Shown: piece after piece, positions 1-13,474 of the stretch | Position numbering within the stretch: position 1 is the first letter of the stretch | How the letters are laid out: each line of letters opens with the position of its first letter | Assembly (NCBI RefSeq): GCF_001194135.2 | Contig: NC_068989.1 | Location: 77,870,389 to 77,934,388 of the forward strand | Length of the DNA stretch: 64,000 nucleotides | Direction: 5' to 3' | From: Octopus bimaculoides | Lineage: Eukaryota | The notes under the pieces: model-generated | Databases searched by the model: none | Seen by the model: only the letters and a program-made list of their open reading frames with translations | What the model was told of the DNA's origin: nothing | Translations under genes and position numbers: made by a program

Positions 1-999
1 TCTTATATATATATATATTTATATATAAGGAAAAGATCGTTATTTTATTTAAATAGCGATCAAATCTAGTGGCAGCAGATATACATGTAGCTGTTCTAGG
101 CATGTTATGTAGGTTTTGCTTCCCTGTGTGCTGTATGTGTGCCTATATATACACATATAGAGTAAGAGAGGGAGAGATAATAATATGCAATATTTGACGA
201 AACAACAAATTACTGGTCTTATTGCAGTTTTACTGATGAAAAAATAATATATCGATAGAGCAGTGGAAAATTTGAAATCGACCATAAACTATAGAGATAA
301 ATGAAATTCACTTTAATTTAGTGATTGACTTTTTCATGCAATGTTTATGAAACTCTACGAGGAATAACGATAACATTCAAACATCTATTAGAATAAAAGG
401 ACTAACGAATTTTATTGGTTTGAGAAAACGAATGAGATGCAAGAGATATAAAATTTAAAATGTGTCCCGAGTAAGATAAGCACATCAACTCGTTCGGTTT
501 TCGTATGGAGTGTTTCCTGGCATTTGTACTACGCGGGCTCTTGGGAAATTTATGTAGAGCAAAACTTTATTTGGCATAAATGGGATTTTCAGACTGTGAG
601 TATAATTACCCAATCAGAGGAGTGGGAATAAGGTTTTTTTTTAATTTTTACCTATAAGTATAAATTCATGCGATCATATATACAGTTGTATAAATTCAGC
701 TACATATACATGTTCACACACATAGATACACAGACAAACTCACACGCACGTTCTGGTGAGTATAAATAAATAAATAGATAAAGATATGCGAATAGTAGTA
801 ACAGATAGAGACGATTTTATAGTTTTTGCATGCAATATATATCAATATATACATATATATANNNNNNNNNNNNNNNNNNNNNNNNNNNNNNNNNNNNNNN
901 NNNNNNNNNNNNNNNNNNNNNNNNNNNNNNNNNNNNNNNNNNNNNNNNNNNNNNNNNNNNNNNNNNNNNNNNNNNNNNNNNNNNNNNNNNNNNNNNNNN

Positions 1000-1049
<50 letters not shown>

Positions 1050-1359
1050 GTACACACGCGCGCGTGCGAGCTCAGTGGGAGGGGTGGTGGCGATTGCAGA
1101 CTCTGTGAGCACATACGTGCACATTTCTGTGCCTTTCATACAGTTTTAGAGAATTTAAGCTCTTTTTTCTAGCAACGCAATCGTCTTCACAGCCTTCGTC
1201 CCGTGTAGTGAAAATATTTTTTCCTTTATGATGACACGCTGCGCATAGCTGTCTGAATTATTTTGTGTATACTCACACATACCCACACACACGCATAAAG
1301 AAACACACACATATGTGTATATATATGTTTATATATGTATATATGTATATATACATATA

Positions 1360-1391
<32 letters not shown>

Positions 1392-1449
1392 CATATATAT
1401 ATATATGTACATATGTATGTATGTATGTTTGTATGTGAGTATATAACTA

Positions 1450-1705
1450 GCACAGCATCGATTAAGACGGTGAGTGTACCTATTCATAGTTGATCGGGGC
1501 GACAGAAGAGGCTGCTCGTGAAATTAATCTGCAAATGGCTGAGCACTCCACAGATATACATATCCTTTAGTTCTCAGGGAGTTTCGTGGTGACACAGAAT
1601 ATATCGAGGCGGGTCCTTTGAAATATGTACATCTCATTATTGCCAGCTGAGTAGACTAGATCAACGGAAAATAAGTGTCTTTCTCAGGGACATAACGCAC
1701 AGCCA
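1450..1705 (-). mobile_element. tRNA-derived SINE (family F), degraded and head-truncated
   Basis: Reverse complement matches the body and 3' tail of the copy at 40352-40665 (gtgtccctgagaaagacact...cagctggcaataatgag...ttcaaagg...ctgagaact...ctgtggagtgctcagcc). Confidence 0.8.
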
Positions 1706-1719
1706 GTTATCAAATTGAT

Positions 1720-2200
1720 AATAGCAGAATCAATAACATAAGCCATTGCAGGCCCAAAAAGCATTACAAAGTTCAGGAATAAATTAATCAGAGGACATTC
1801 TAAGTACATTTACCTACTGGAAATAACACTCAAAATTTGATTTAAATCGCCGGAAGACACTGATGATGACTATAGAAATGAACCGTCTGCGGGAAAACAG
1901 GCTAGGACATTCTATCAGTATACATTCAAGTATTTGGACTCACGGGGACCGGTTTTTGGACTGGCGTTATAGCGTCACCTTCCTCAGCACGCGTTACCTG
2001 ATGACGGAGGCTTGTCTTATCCAATGATGATTTCTTCCATAACAGCCGTATGTTGTGATGAACTACATCTGCCAACAGTATGAAGGTTCTCTGAAACCCC
2101 AGAAACAGTTGTTGGACTTATAACACCTTTCTTCCACCGCTTCAATTTCTCTGTTGTTTGTACGTTGTGTAACTCAGATTCATTAATATAATTATCTATA
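1720..2200 (+). mobile_element. Possible Penelope-like element 3' end / pLTR remnant
   Basis: Degenerate ctgatgatgac...gaaa and ctctgaaacccc-agaaacagttg motifs resemble PLE termini; no intact ORF. Confidence 0.3.
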
Positions 2201-3099
2201 TATTTATTCTCAAATGTTCATCGCCTGAAAATCTCCATGTCTTGCTTTCTCTCATTTTGCATGTATGCATATATACATATTTTGTATTCCATACCCAAAC
2301 TGTTGTATTTGATATATCTAATCTGTTTATCCGCATAATTACCTCTATATTTAATTACATGCATATATATTTGTATATATGTGTGTATGTGGCTGTGTGT
2401 CTGTCTGTGTATATACGTATGTGTGTGTGTATGTATGTGTGTTGGGAACGTATATATAGAGAAATTTTATTTCCTCCCTCTGTTCCAGTTAACGCTTGAG
2501 ATTGCACATAATTGGAAAAGAAGACGGGCGAAACAATACATAATATAACGGTTTAGGGCATAGAATAAATGATATATACATAATATATATGGAGCTGTAG
2601 GCGATAAATTACATGAGGTGTACATCTAAAGATGGATTAAACAAATCTTAGGAGTACTTAATTTGTACTGTACAATAACCTTAAAATACGTGCATTTGAG
2701 ATAAGTACAAGAAAAGTATACATCAACAGTTCTAACCTCGAGCAGTTAATATCATATATTTGAACTTGAAGATGAATACAACTTGAATGAACCTCACGGG
2801 AGAAAACAAATTTACATATTAGGGAAAAGCTCTGGAGAAAATGGAGTTTAAGACGAAGGGGAGATATATTTTAAAGGATCAGGTTTTTAAATACATCAAG
2901 ACATTTTATAAAATAATTTGAATATGGAATACAACGCTTTGCGCGTTGTAACACCTTAAGAACAGAAACATTATAATTTCATAACAATTCGCTTCAAAAC
3001 AGCAATGGCATTTATGAAAATTACTATAAAAAACAAGAGAGAGTTTCGATATATGTATAAAGAAAACAAGCTATAAAAATCTAAACACATAGTATATGC

Positions 3100-3131
<32 letters not shown>

Positions 3132-4385
3132 GTGTGTATGTATGTATGTATGCATGTATGTGCGTGTATCTCTGTTTATATATATNNNNNNNNNNNNNNN
3201 NNNNNNNNNNNNNNNNNNNNNNNNNNNNNNNNNNNNNNNNNNNNNNNNNNNNNNNNNNNNNNNNNNNNNNNNNNNNNNNNNNNNNNNNNNNNNNNNNNNN
3301 NNNNNNNNNNNNNNNNNNNNNNNNNNNNNNNNNNNNNNNNNNNNNNNNNNNNNNNNNNNNNNNNNNNNNNNNNNNNNNNNNNNNNNNNNNNNNNNNNNNN
3401 NNNNNNNNNNNNNNNNNNNNNNNNNNNNNNNNNNNNNNNNNNNNNNNNNNNNNNNNNNNNNNNNNNNNNNNNNNNNNNNNNNNNNNNNNNNNNNNNNNNN
3501 NNNNNNNNNNNNNNNNNNNNNNNNNNNNNNNNNNNNNNNNNNNNNNNNNNNNNNNNNNNNNNNNNNNNNNNNNNNNNNNNNNNNNNNNNNNNNNNNNNNN
3601 NNNNNNNNNNNNNNNNNNNNNNNNNNNNNNNNNNNNNNNNNNNNNNNNNNNNNNNNNNNNNNNNNNNNNNNNNNNNNNNNNNNNNNNNNNNNCAGCGATC
3701 TATCATGGCGTCTGCCGGACATTATAAGTATATTGTCATACATATATTTATTATATATGTGTGTGTGTGTGTGTGTGTTTGTGGGTGTCTGTCAGTGTCT
3801 GTTTCTCTCTGTGTGTGGATGTGTGTGTGTGGATGGGTGTGTTTGCACACTAAAGAACTTAAGATTAAATGGGGAACTCAGTTGTAAGAGATCTGTATAT
3901 TCCATCTACATTTGTTCTTACGTTTACGCATAACTTGTAATAATTAAAATAAGCTTATACTCTAAGATGCTTTAAATATTTCCTTCCTATATGATAAAAT
4001 AAATTTAATTAATCAGCGTCGTTTTTTAATCTCTGTATACATACCACATATCTTATCTACGTGTAAGCCTCTCCGACTTATTTACATTTTGGCCCACCAT
4101 TAATTATCGCACCTCATTGTTTATGCATCAATAAAATCTACTGTGCAGAAACAGATTGCTATGCTTAACAGTTATTTCCATTTAATATACATACGTATGA
4201 ATGCATCCACGTAGGTCTTGAATATTTATGTGTATATATGTGTGTATGTTGTATATATATATATATATATATATATATAATGTAGACTTACTTGCAAAAA
4301 AGGACGTGTGCGTTCAATAATGTAATAATACGAAGAATATATATACATGTATACACACATATATGTACATACTTANNNNNNNNNN

Positions 4386-4434
<49 letters not shown>

Positions 4435-5065
4435 GTATACACACATACATAGGTAGCTCATAAACGAATACCTAAATACACGCATGCACACACCCAAAAC
4501 ATTACGCGCATACATCTATCATACATACATACAAGCATAAACATTTATATAGAGAGAGATTACTAGGGAGAGAGAGACAGAGAGAGAGAGAGATGATAGA
4601 AAGGTACAAATAGAGATACACATATATACGTATACATATATATCTTATNNNNNNNNNNTATATATCTTATATATATGTAGCTCCATGTATCTGTGTTGAT
4701 ATGTAAATCTATACTCACCTGTATATATACACATACGCATATGTATGCACACACTTACAAACACATATTTATATATTTGTGTGTCTCTCTCTATGTATAT
4801 GTATGTATGTATATATATTTTGTAAGGTATAAGTTAGAGGTGTTAATCCCTCTAAGGGATATAAGTATCCGGAGGCACTCCTGGTAATTACCTCCGTAAG
4901 TATGGTCCTTGGTATAAGGTATATGGCAGCAGGTAATTTAAAAAGGTAAATTGTAGTTTAATGTATATATAAACGATCAGAAAATGGAGGAAAAACAACA
5001 AATAGAAGTGTATTCACTTGTATTGGCTGTTTTTCTTCCATTTTCCTGATTCTCTCTCTCCCCCC

Positions 5066-5142
<77 letters not shown>

Positions 5143-7349
5143 NNNNNNNNNNNNNNNNNNNNNNNNNNNNNNNNNNNNNNNNNNNNNNNNNNNNNNNNNN
5201 NNNNNNNNNNNNNNNNNNNNNNNNNNNNNNNNNNNNNNNNNNNNNNNNNNNNNNNNNNNNNNNNNNNNNNNNNNNNNNNNNNNNNNNNNNNNNNNNNNNN
5301 NNNNNNNNNNNNNNNNNNNNNNNNNNNNNNNNNNNNNNNNNNNNNNNNNNNNNNNNNNNNNNNNNNNNNNNNNNNNNNNNNNNNNNNNNNNNNNNNNNNN
5401 NNNNNNNNNNNNNNNNNNNNNNNNNNAACATTACTTATGACTAATCAAGCATAACTTGACTACTTCAGAAGATAGTTCAAATCGGAAATACTTGTGTGTA
5501 TATTCTGTTTCTTATTTATCCGATTTTTATTTTTAATATCAAAGTGTAGAAGCAGAGCAAATGAATACACTTAGCATTAACAAATCGGCATATTAATTTG
5601 TTTTAACATAAACTTCTTTTACTCTTCTAAATATTAAGCACGCTTCCTACTTGTAGTTGAGAATGAACTAGGATGTCGATTTTTTATTTTTTTATCATTT
5701 GTACTTTGTTTTCCTATGTAGCATTGGCAATGTTATAAAACACGGCAGTTAACTTTCAGTGAAATGAAAATCTTATCGTCGTTTTCTCTGAGTTTAACAT
5801 TAACGTTGCTTCCTTGCATTTCCGCCGCTGATTATATTGTCAATAACATACATTCCTTGATATTTGTTAACCGGCATTTAATAGAATTTTAAATATCAAA
5901 GAGTCACATGTATCTGTCCTGTCCTTAATTCCTCACCGCTACCCCAGTCACACACTCACTCAACCTCTCTTTCTATTTATGTCTCTTTAATGGACAGGTA
6001 GGAAATTCAATTATGTGTGTATGTTTGTATATTTATATGAATGTTTTGTTGTTGTTTGGCGCTATGCCACTGTTGAGATACAGCGTTCATCAAAACTGAA
6101 CATACGGATACAACATTGAAAAAATATTCATATCCCTTTCATTCAACATATTAAATGTCATCAGATAAAAATGTCAATGTTTATCTGAAGTATCTTATAT
6201 GTATATGAATTTAATATATGTGATATACACTGCGATCTTAAATATATAAGATGATGAAATTTGAGTAACAAATTTATTGTAAAGGTGAATGAGTATTGTA
6301 GTTCATGTTCCGAATTATATAAGTGCAGATGTATAGGTTCATAGTTAATCTTCCAAATTATATACGTGCAGTGGTAAGAGGTCAAAACCTTATTGAGAAC
6401 ATAATTATAGCAGAGTAAACAAAAACAATGAATAAATCTGAGTTGTTACTTGAAAGCTCTGCAGTGTTAAATGTCTGAACTTTCTACATAAATCAATATA
6501 ATATTTACTGCTCTTGAATTTTATGACAAATATAGTGCTTTGAAATGATATACCGTTTTGAACGACAACGGGATATCATTCAATGATTACGTATATGCCA
6601 TGGACGAACTAGAGATCATCAGGATATAAAACACCGACTTTGTAGACTACACCAAACATCATTTGTATATGAGATAAGCTAGCTATGGAAATTAAAGTGC
6701 TAAACCAGCACACATGAACGTCTTAAAACACGTTTTCCACCATCGTAAATCGGCTGTCGATCTACGCATAGAATCTAATAAATTTACACTGAAATTAAGC
6801 GTAAAACAGGTAGACTCTCTTTCATCTAATTTTTTTCTCAACCCGTTCAGAAAATGTGATTTGAAAAATCCATTGTTATGATGACGTATGAATTAACGTC
6901 ATCGGCGAATTTCTTTCACGATTTATGATTCGCAGACGAGGATATTTCTGATAAAAAGTTTCAATATTAGAAAAAAATATAGCTTTACATTTTAAATTAA
7001 GAGGCTTAACGAGTGCTTACAATGGTATGTAAATATCAGTTAATAAAAGATGATGCAGATAATTGATATATCTCTAGAACTATAAGACTCGGACTTATCT
7101 TCTAAATGTAAATGTTATGTGATTACTCACTTTTACATGAAAAATGAAGCATCATTATTTTGCTAATGGTACGTGTATTTTACATCCTTACACAGACCGT
7201 TTTTTTAAGATGATCATACGCACAATATAAAGATTATTCCCGTTATTCGAGTTGTCCATCAAATAGATCTGTAACGAAAAATAGCAAATATTTCTAACGA
7301 AATTAATTACAACAAATGAATAATGACTCTCATCGCAAAGATATACGTG

Positions 7350-8560
7350 TTATAAAACTTTGTGCATCAAATAGTAATTGTACACAACATGAATTTTTGA
7401 TACAATGTATTACTGTCAATTTAGATACCACCAATGCTTTTTCTGATAAATTGATTTGATTTCTTCTCTGCTTTACAACTAGGTTAAGAAAACAATATAC
7501 AGTGAATTTGTGTTGCGTCTACATGACAACAATCTATTTTTCTTGATCTCTCAAGCTGTTGGTGACGGTATATTCCGGATTATGGTCATCAATCTTTGAG
7601 ATTATTTTTGGTGTATGCCTGTAGGACTTCATCCTGTTTATTTTGATTACAAAATTCTCGAAATCTACCAAACTCGTAGACATATTTTTTTGTCGAGTAC
7701 GACATGACAACCAGAAAAAATGTGCATCAGTTATCTTTTCCTCAACACCACATTTTGTGCAGTTATATTCTCTTTGATTATATGATTTAGGAGGTTTTGG
7801 TATTTAATATTGAGCCATAATTCAAGAATCTTTGAGTTTCAGCTTTCTTTCAGTAATTTTTCTTCTTCTAGGCTTAACTTTTTTTAGGTATTATATGGGA
7901 AGATAATTTTTAAAATTAGTTTTTGATTGCATTCTGTTCGTTTAAGTTTCGATTTCAGCATCATCATAATTTGTTTCGACTTCGTCATAGCTACCTTTTA
8001 TTTCTGATTATGTTTCGCATTTATTAGTTTAACTAAAGAGAAAAAAGCATTTTGTGGTTTTTCGTTTTTGTGATAATTTTATTAGAATTTTAGTATATTT
8101 TAGTACATATATTTACGTTAAACTATACACAGTGTATTTTAGTTTTGTAATAGTATAATTCCCCTGTGCCATTAGATATAATCGATTTAGTAAAAATGCT
8201 TTAAATATGTTTTCTGTCTAACATTGCCAGTTCGTTTGGTGTCCAATCGAAATTATTATTATAACTGATGACTTGGTCAGATAGAGTATTGATGTCTTTC
8301 AAATTTATATTTGCATTTACCACCGTTTTAAGCATTACGTTAATGTATTCCTAGTATTCCATCCTAATCTTTTCTTTCATTTGTGTGTTTCCATTCTGCC
8401 TAGGTTACTTCATCCATATGCATTTGTATATCTGTACAAGCTATAAATTTCGTATCTTGATTTCTTTACATAGCGTGTTATTGTTCTTAATAATCTTCTC
8501 TTTAGCGTTACTTAGGTGTATTTTTTAAATCCTAAACGCATGTACTTTTCTCAGGAAAAA
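7350..8560 (-). mobile_element. R4/Dong-type non-LTR retrotransposon fragment (RT thumb, zinc knuckle, RLE endonuclease), decayed
   Basis: Minus-strand translation with frameshifts and stops gives MKEKIRMEY..VMLKTVVNANINLKDINTLSDQVISYNNNFDWTPNELAMLDRK, then NCTKCGVEEK.., KSYRHTPKIISK, ..LRDQEK. This is the motif order of R4/Dong ORF C-termini. Confidence 0.7.
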
Positions 8561-8810
8561 CCTAATGAAATATTCTTACACAGTATTGTTGCCATCTATA
8601 ACGTACAGCATGACAAAATAAAATGTAAGACGTTTGTCTACCTTTTATTTGTTTGTTTCTACTTATAAGGATTCTTAGAAATTGTTTGCCAGCAAAAGGA
8701 ACTAATGCAGGAGAAGAAAATGTTAATGTTAGCACTATAACATAACAGTGTACCGAATTAATGCCCTACGTTACAGTGTATAATCAATACACACATATAC
8801 ACACAGTCAT

Positions 8811-9249
8811 GGACCAGTAAACCCGACACCGTTTCGTAATCGGTGCGCATTCAAAACCAGTGAACAGCAATTAACGAAACCGGTATAACTTTGAATCCCT
8901 TTAACAATTCAAATTAATGATTTTTTCCCTCTTAATTCTACCTCAGTTCAGTAAAGAATGAATAAAGAGGCAACACCCATCAATAAATATCATCCACAAC
9001 TCAACATGAACACATACCATGATATAGAACACTACTAACCTTACCGTTAATTCCACTCATTCCCATACATTCCATACACCATTCATATTACAGTATTACA
9101 TCTACCCTAATTGCCCCACTCCCAGAACTGCTTACCTCCCTAGCATATAATCTTTTTAATCAGGGACCAGTAAACACGACACCGTTTGGTAATCGGTGCG
9201 CATTCAAAACCAGTGAACAGCAATTGACGAAACCGGTATAACTATGAAT
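8811..9249 (+). mobile_element. Penelope-like element terminal fragment with 86-bp direct repeats (pLTR-type structure)
   Basis: Direct repeats at 8811-8896 and 9164-9249 (4 mismatches). Between them is ..NDFFPLNSTSVQ*RMNKEATPINKYHPQLN.., matching the R..EA..I....P.LN C-terminus of PLE GIY-YIG endonucleases. Confidence 0.6.
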
Positions 9250-9934
9250 GCAGTGTATGTCTCAATAGCTGCGACATGCATAATCATGACTGGACATCTT
9301 CTCTAATTTATGTGTAATTTATATTTTGTTTTCACTTTTGAAATTTACTGGAATTTTAGCAATTTTTCCTACCGTTCCGTTTGCTTACATATTTATTACA
9401 ATGCCGATACATTTCTAAATTTGACCTTTTTCCTGGAACCCGTTACATGAAGTTTTGAGACTCTGCATGTGTTCTTTAAATATACCTGTGATATCTGGGG
9501 GTGGGTTGATAGATTCAGAAATCGACTCAGGATTAATATAATTCGTGTTATTCTGTGAAAGCTAGTTTAATCTTACAATACTAGTTGTCTACAATCCCTG
9601 AAAATACTTCCACGATTGCTGATAGCAAATCATCTAGAGTCTCCATGACAACTGAGAGAAGCTGACCATTATTTGAAACTGCACTACCGAGATGTCGCTA
9701 TTAATCAGACGTCTCATATTGGTCAGAAAGAGGAAGATATTGTACCCGTCTACAAATATAGAATACTTTCGTGTGATGCCTCTACACTTTAGTACATGAA
9801 ATATTTAGGATGAGATCCTCAAACCATAATATCAAAACTATAATATCATGTAAGATCTTAACGTCCCTTCTGAGTAGAAAATGTGTCACTGAGATATTGT
9901 ACATTCACTACAATCTATCAATTTAACCCGGGCG

Positions 9935-10102
9935 TAAATGGATTACATCAACCAAAGAAGTCATCTGGTATTTAATTTGTCAACCTGAAACAATGAGATC
10001 CCAAATCGGTCTCAGCAGAATTTCAACTCAGAACGTAAAGATGAACGAAACACCGCTAAACATTTTCTCCCACCTGCTAACTATTCTGCTATATCGCCGC
10101 CT
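9935..10102 (-). mobile_element. tRNA-derived SINE (family A), degraded
   Basis: Reverse complement aligns to the family A consensus (aggcggcgatatagcagaatagttagc...ttctgagttgaaattc...aaattaaataccag). Confidence 0.7.
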
Positions 10103-10684
10103 TAACCTCAGTAATATCATATACAGAACCACCATATTGTGAAACTATAGATGAACACTTAAAAACAGTATGAGCAATCCTAATCTGTGCAGTAATATCA
10201 CATCGGTTTGCTGCAACAGATGTGAATTTGTGTCCACGAATGTCGGCTAAGTTTAAGTTGAAAGATAAAATATTCATCCTGAGTCAGATGTCACCGTTAG
10301 TTTTCCGTTTGGAATTAAATTTTATCTGAGATCATGGGAGCTTTGTATTTGTGGATATAATGTTCCAGTCGTAAAACATCATAGCTGACTCTTTTCTTAC
10401 TCTCTTAATGATTTTGTCAAATTTGGACAGAATTTGATGATTAACAGGCACGTAACAACACAAGCATTCCCAATTTCTTTTAGGTAATACGAATACTAGC
10501 TCTTTCCAAATTAATGTTAAATTCTGCATCACCTTCAAAGAGACTTTTTCCCATGTAACCGACGCGTTATTTTTCTTCATATCCAGTAAATGTGTTGACA
10601 ATGCATCTATTCCCATTAAACTGATATTTACAATATATAATGATTTATTCCTTCTATTTCGTTATATATATATATATATATATA

Positions 10685-10884
10685 TTACAGAGGCTGTTAG
10701 AACACCTGTAATGCTAAAGTGCTCTGATGCTGCAGTCAACGCACATGCTGATGAGATTTCGGCAGAACATGCATACCACGACTGTCACTGTCAGCCGTTT
10801 ACGATCGATATCAGTATGTATACAATTATGTGCATTTGAGTTAGCACCAGAGCATTTATGCACTTATTTCTAGCATCGTAGGTG

Positions 10885-10890
<6 letters not shown>
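10685..10890. mobile_element. About 200-bp element with imperfect terminal inverted repeats inside a (TA)n tract (MITE-like)
   Basis: Arm 10699-10746 (agaacacct..atgcta..tgctctgatgct..tcaacgcacat) is the reverse complement of 10828-10888; (TA)n lies on both flanks. Confidence 0.55.
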
Positions 10891-10933
<43 letters not shown>

Positions 10934-11354
10934 TACACACACATATATTTAAAGTTCAAATTTATGGAAAAATCATAGCCCTAGACTAGTGTAGGGAACA
11001 ACAAGTAAGTATTTTATTTTGACGCTCGGGAAAAATAGAAAAGTTTCTTTTGCATCTGGAGCCGACACTCTTTCATAGGAAGGAATAAGAGGAAATAATT
11101 AGAGACAGAATGAAAAAGACAACGTTGAGTTCAGTGGTCCAGCACGGCGAGTGTTTGGTAAAAAGAGGTTAAATGAAAATGAGATAATAATAAAGAGAGG
11201 TTCAATGAATGGGAGATAATTCATAGTGATCCCAACGCGAGAAGGACGTGCTCAGGCGTGTATGTATGAGTGAATCGTGTGTGTGAGTATGTGTGTGTGT
11301 TGTGTGTAGCAGTTGATGTGTGCTTATACATACACACACGCACACATATATATG

Positions 11355-11385
<31 letters not shown>

Positions 11386-11444
11386 NNNNNNNNNNNNNNN
11401 NNNNNNNNNNNNNNNNNNNNNNNNNNNNNNNNNNNNNNNATATA

Positions 11445-11475
<31 letters not shown>

Positions 11476-11654
11476 TTGTGTTTGTTTGTGTGTATATATA
11501 TTCTCTCACTGATAATTATAAGCCTTAAGTTTAAAAGTGTACACCGTGTATTGGCTGTCGAATATAGTCCAGAATTGGGGAATATATGTCTCAATTTCAA
11601 GACTATTTTCTATATCCATTATACAGTGTATGCTTGTAGCCTTAAAGCTTATAG

Positions 11655-11862
11655 TTATTGGTTTCAAGTTTTGGCATTAAGCCACCAAATGCGGGAGTCG
11701 ATTACATTGACTCTAATGCTGAACTTGTACTTATTCTATCGAACCCAAAAAGATGAAAAAAAAAATCGTCCTCGACGGAATTTGAACTCGGAGCGCAAAG
11801 ACGGACAAAACACCGCTAAGCATTTTTAGCCGGCGTGTTAACGATTCTGCCAATTCGTCGCC
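11655..11862 (-). mobile_element. tRNA-derived SINE (family A), full length
   Basis: Reverse complement shows the A box (tggcagaatcgttaa), B box (gagttcaaattcc), core ttcatcttttgggttcgat and tail gccaaaacttgaaacc. Confidence 0.8.
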
Positions 11863-11924
11863 TGTAGTCTTAAAATTATTAATTACAGAATTTTCACATG
11901 TTATCAGCTTCTTAATTTAACGCA

Positions 11925-12047
11925 GGTCTTTCATCCTTTCGGGGTCGATAAATTAAGTATCTGTTGCGTACTGGTGTCAATCTAATTGGCTGGACCCCTT
12001 CCCCTAAAATTTCGGGCCGGGCCTTGTGCCTAAAGTAGAAAAGAATA
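11925..12047 (+). mobile_element. tRNA-derived SINE (family A), 3' half
   Basis: tttcatcctttcggggtcgataaattaagta...ggccttgtgcctaaagtagaaaagaat. Confidence 0.85.
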
Positions 12048-12289
12048 TATATAATGCACGCATATACATTTATACTTCATGCAGCTGTTTGCAGTGTAAT
12101 CTAGAAAAACTTTATTATGTAACTTGCTCAAGTATTGTGTGAACCCAGTGTATATGTGGTAGTTAATTAAATGTACTGTACATTTATTCCGTAATGATTT
12201 TTACAGTGAAATAGCATTACTGAAAAGTATACAGGCAATTATATATAACGTTGATTTACAAATGTAATTCAAAGCATTAAACTAGAGAC

Positions 12290-12830
12290 ATGAATATGTA
12301 TGTTGCTCTCTTCTTTTATATCTCAATCGAATCAGAAATTGTCTGCTGAATCAGGTTTTACAGAATCGTTTATAACTGCATCATTAATAGTGCATATAGA
12401 GTTATATTAGGAAGTAAACATCCTACAGCGCTACATGTAAGAGATTGAAATTGCATGCTGTAATACAGTACCTGTCGTTGAAAAACCTGCCGATTTCTGT
12501 ATTTGATTTTATATATGAATATCATTTGATGGTGTGCTGAAAGGATGGTGTGCATCAAGAAGAAAGCATTCTCGAATGTTTTTCCTAGGGAAATTTTAAA
12601 TAATCTTGAGAATTTCTGCATTTCAAAGAGAATTATGTGATTCAGTATTTCAATACCTCAACATATAACAGCTGTACTGAATTCACTCGATCACTGTAAA
12701 GATAAAAGAAATGATTTTTTTTTTAATATTCAGGGCTAACACGTACATCTAATTCGGTGATTTCTGAGTTCTCCATGTACGGGAAAATTACTTGACGTTT
12801 TAGGTATCTTGAAAAGAAAACACGCGTACC
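12290..12830. repeat. Diverged duplicated unique block, copy 1 (paralog at 14500-15110)
   Basis: Collinear shared words by eye: gctgaat..agaatc.tttata..cattaa.agt.cat, ttatatta, tcctacag, tgaaaggatgg, gaatt..g.atttc.aa.gaatta, ctgtaaa..taaaagaaa, cgttttag-gtat..agaaaacac. Confidence 0.6.
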
Positions 12831-13443
12831 CTTTTGTCATGTTCATTAAATCCATATCATAATCTATTAAAATTATACGCATGTTTGCAGAATTAGGAAG
12901 AATTAACTCCCATACATAGATCGCACACGCGGTTAAGTTCAATGCATTGTTAATAACAATCATCATCCAGGAAAAAATTGTTTTTGTTCCATTTCTCAAC
13001 TAACATTTATTTTTTCTTCGCTTATGGCTTGTCGATAGACTTCAATTCTTTCTTTAACAAAGAAAATATTCCAAAGTAATTTATTTTATATGAACGTAAT
13101 TATAAATTTGTTAATAAACTTAATCGTGTTGCTAAACAGAGAATTGTTTAATGCTTTCAGAGTGGATTAGGTTTTATGTTTATTGCAAGATATACGGCTG
13201 AGTGGGAGGAAATATTATCACATATTATCAGTCTGAAAATTCGTATATATAGGCATCTACAGATCACAGACATAAACACACTCGTACACATGTACATACA
13301 TGCATAAATACATACATACATACATACGTACGTACGCAAATACATACATACATACATACGTACATACATACATAGCAATATATGTAATTTATTTATTGCA
13401 ATGTTAATACATGGAACTATATATTCAAAGAGGTGTTAGAATT

Positions 13444-13474
<31 letters not shown>

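Noticed and set aside
10089-10616. Minus-strand ORFs of 62 and 94 aa
   Set aside because: Protein-like composition but no motif I can assign; possibly a decayed LINE. Needs BLAST.
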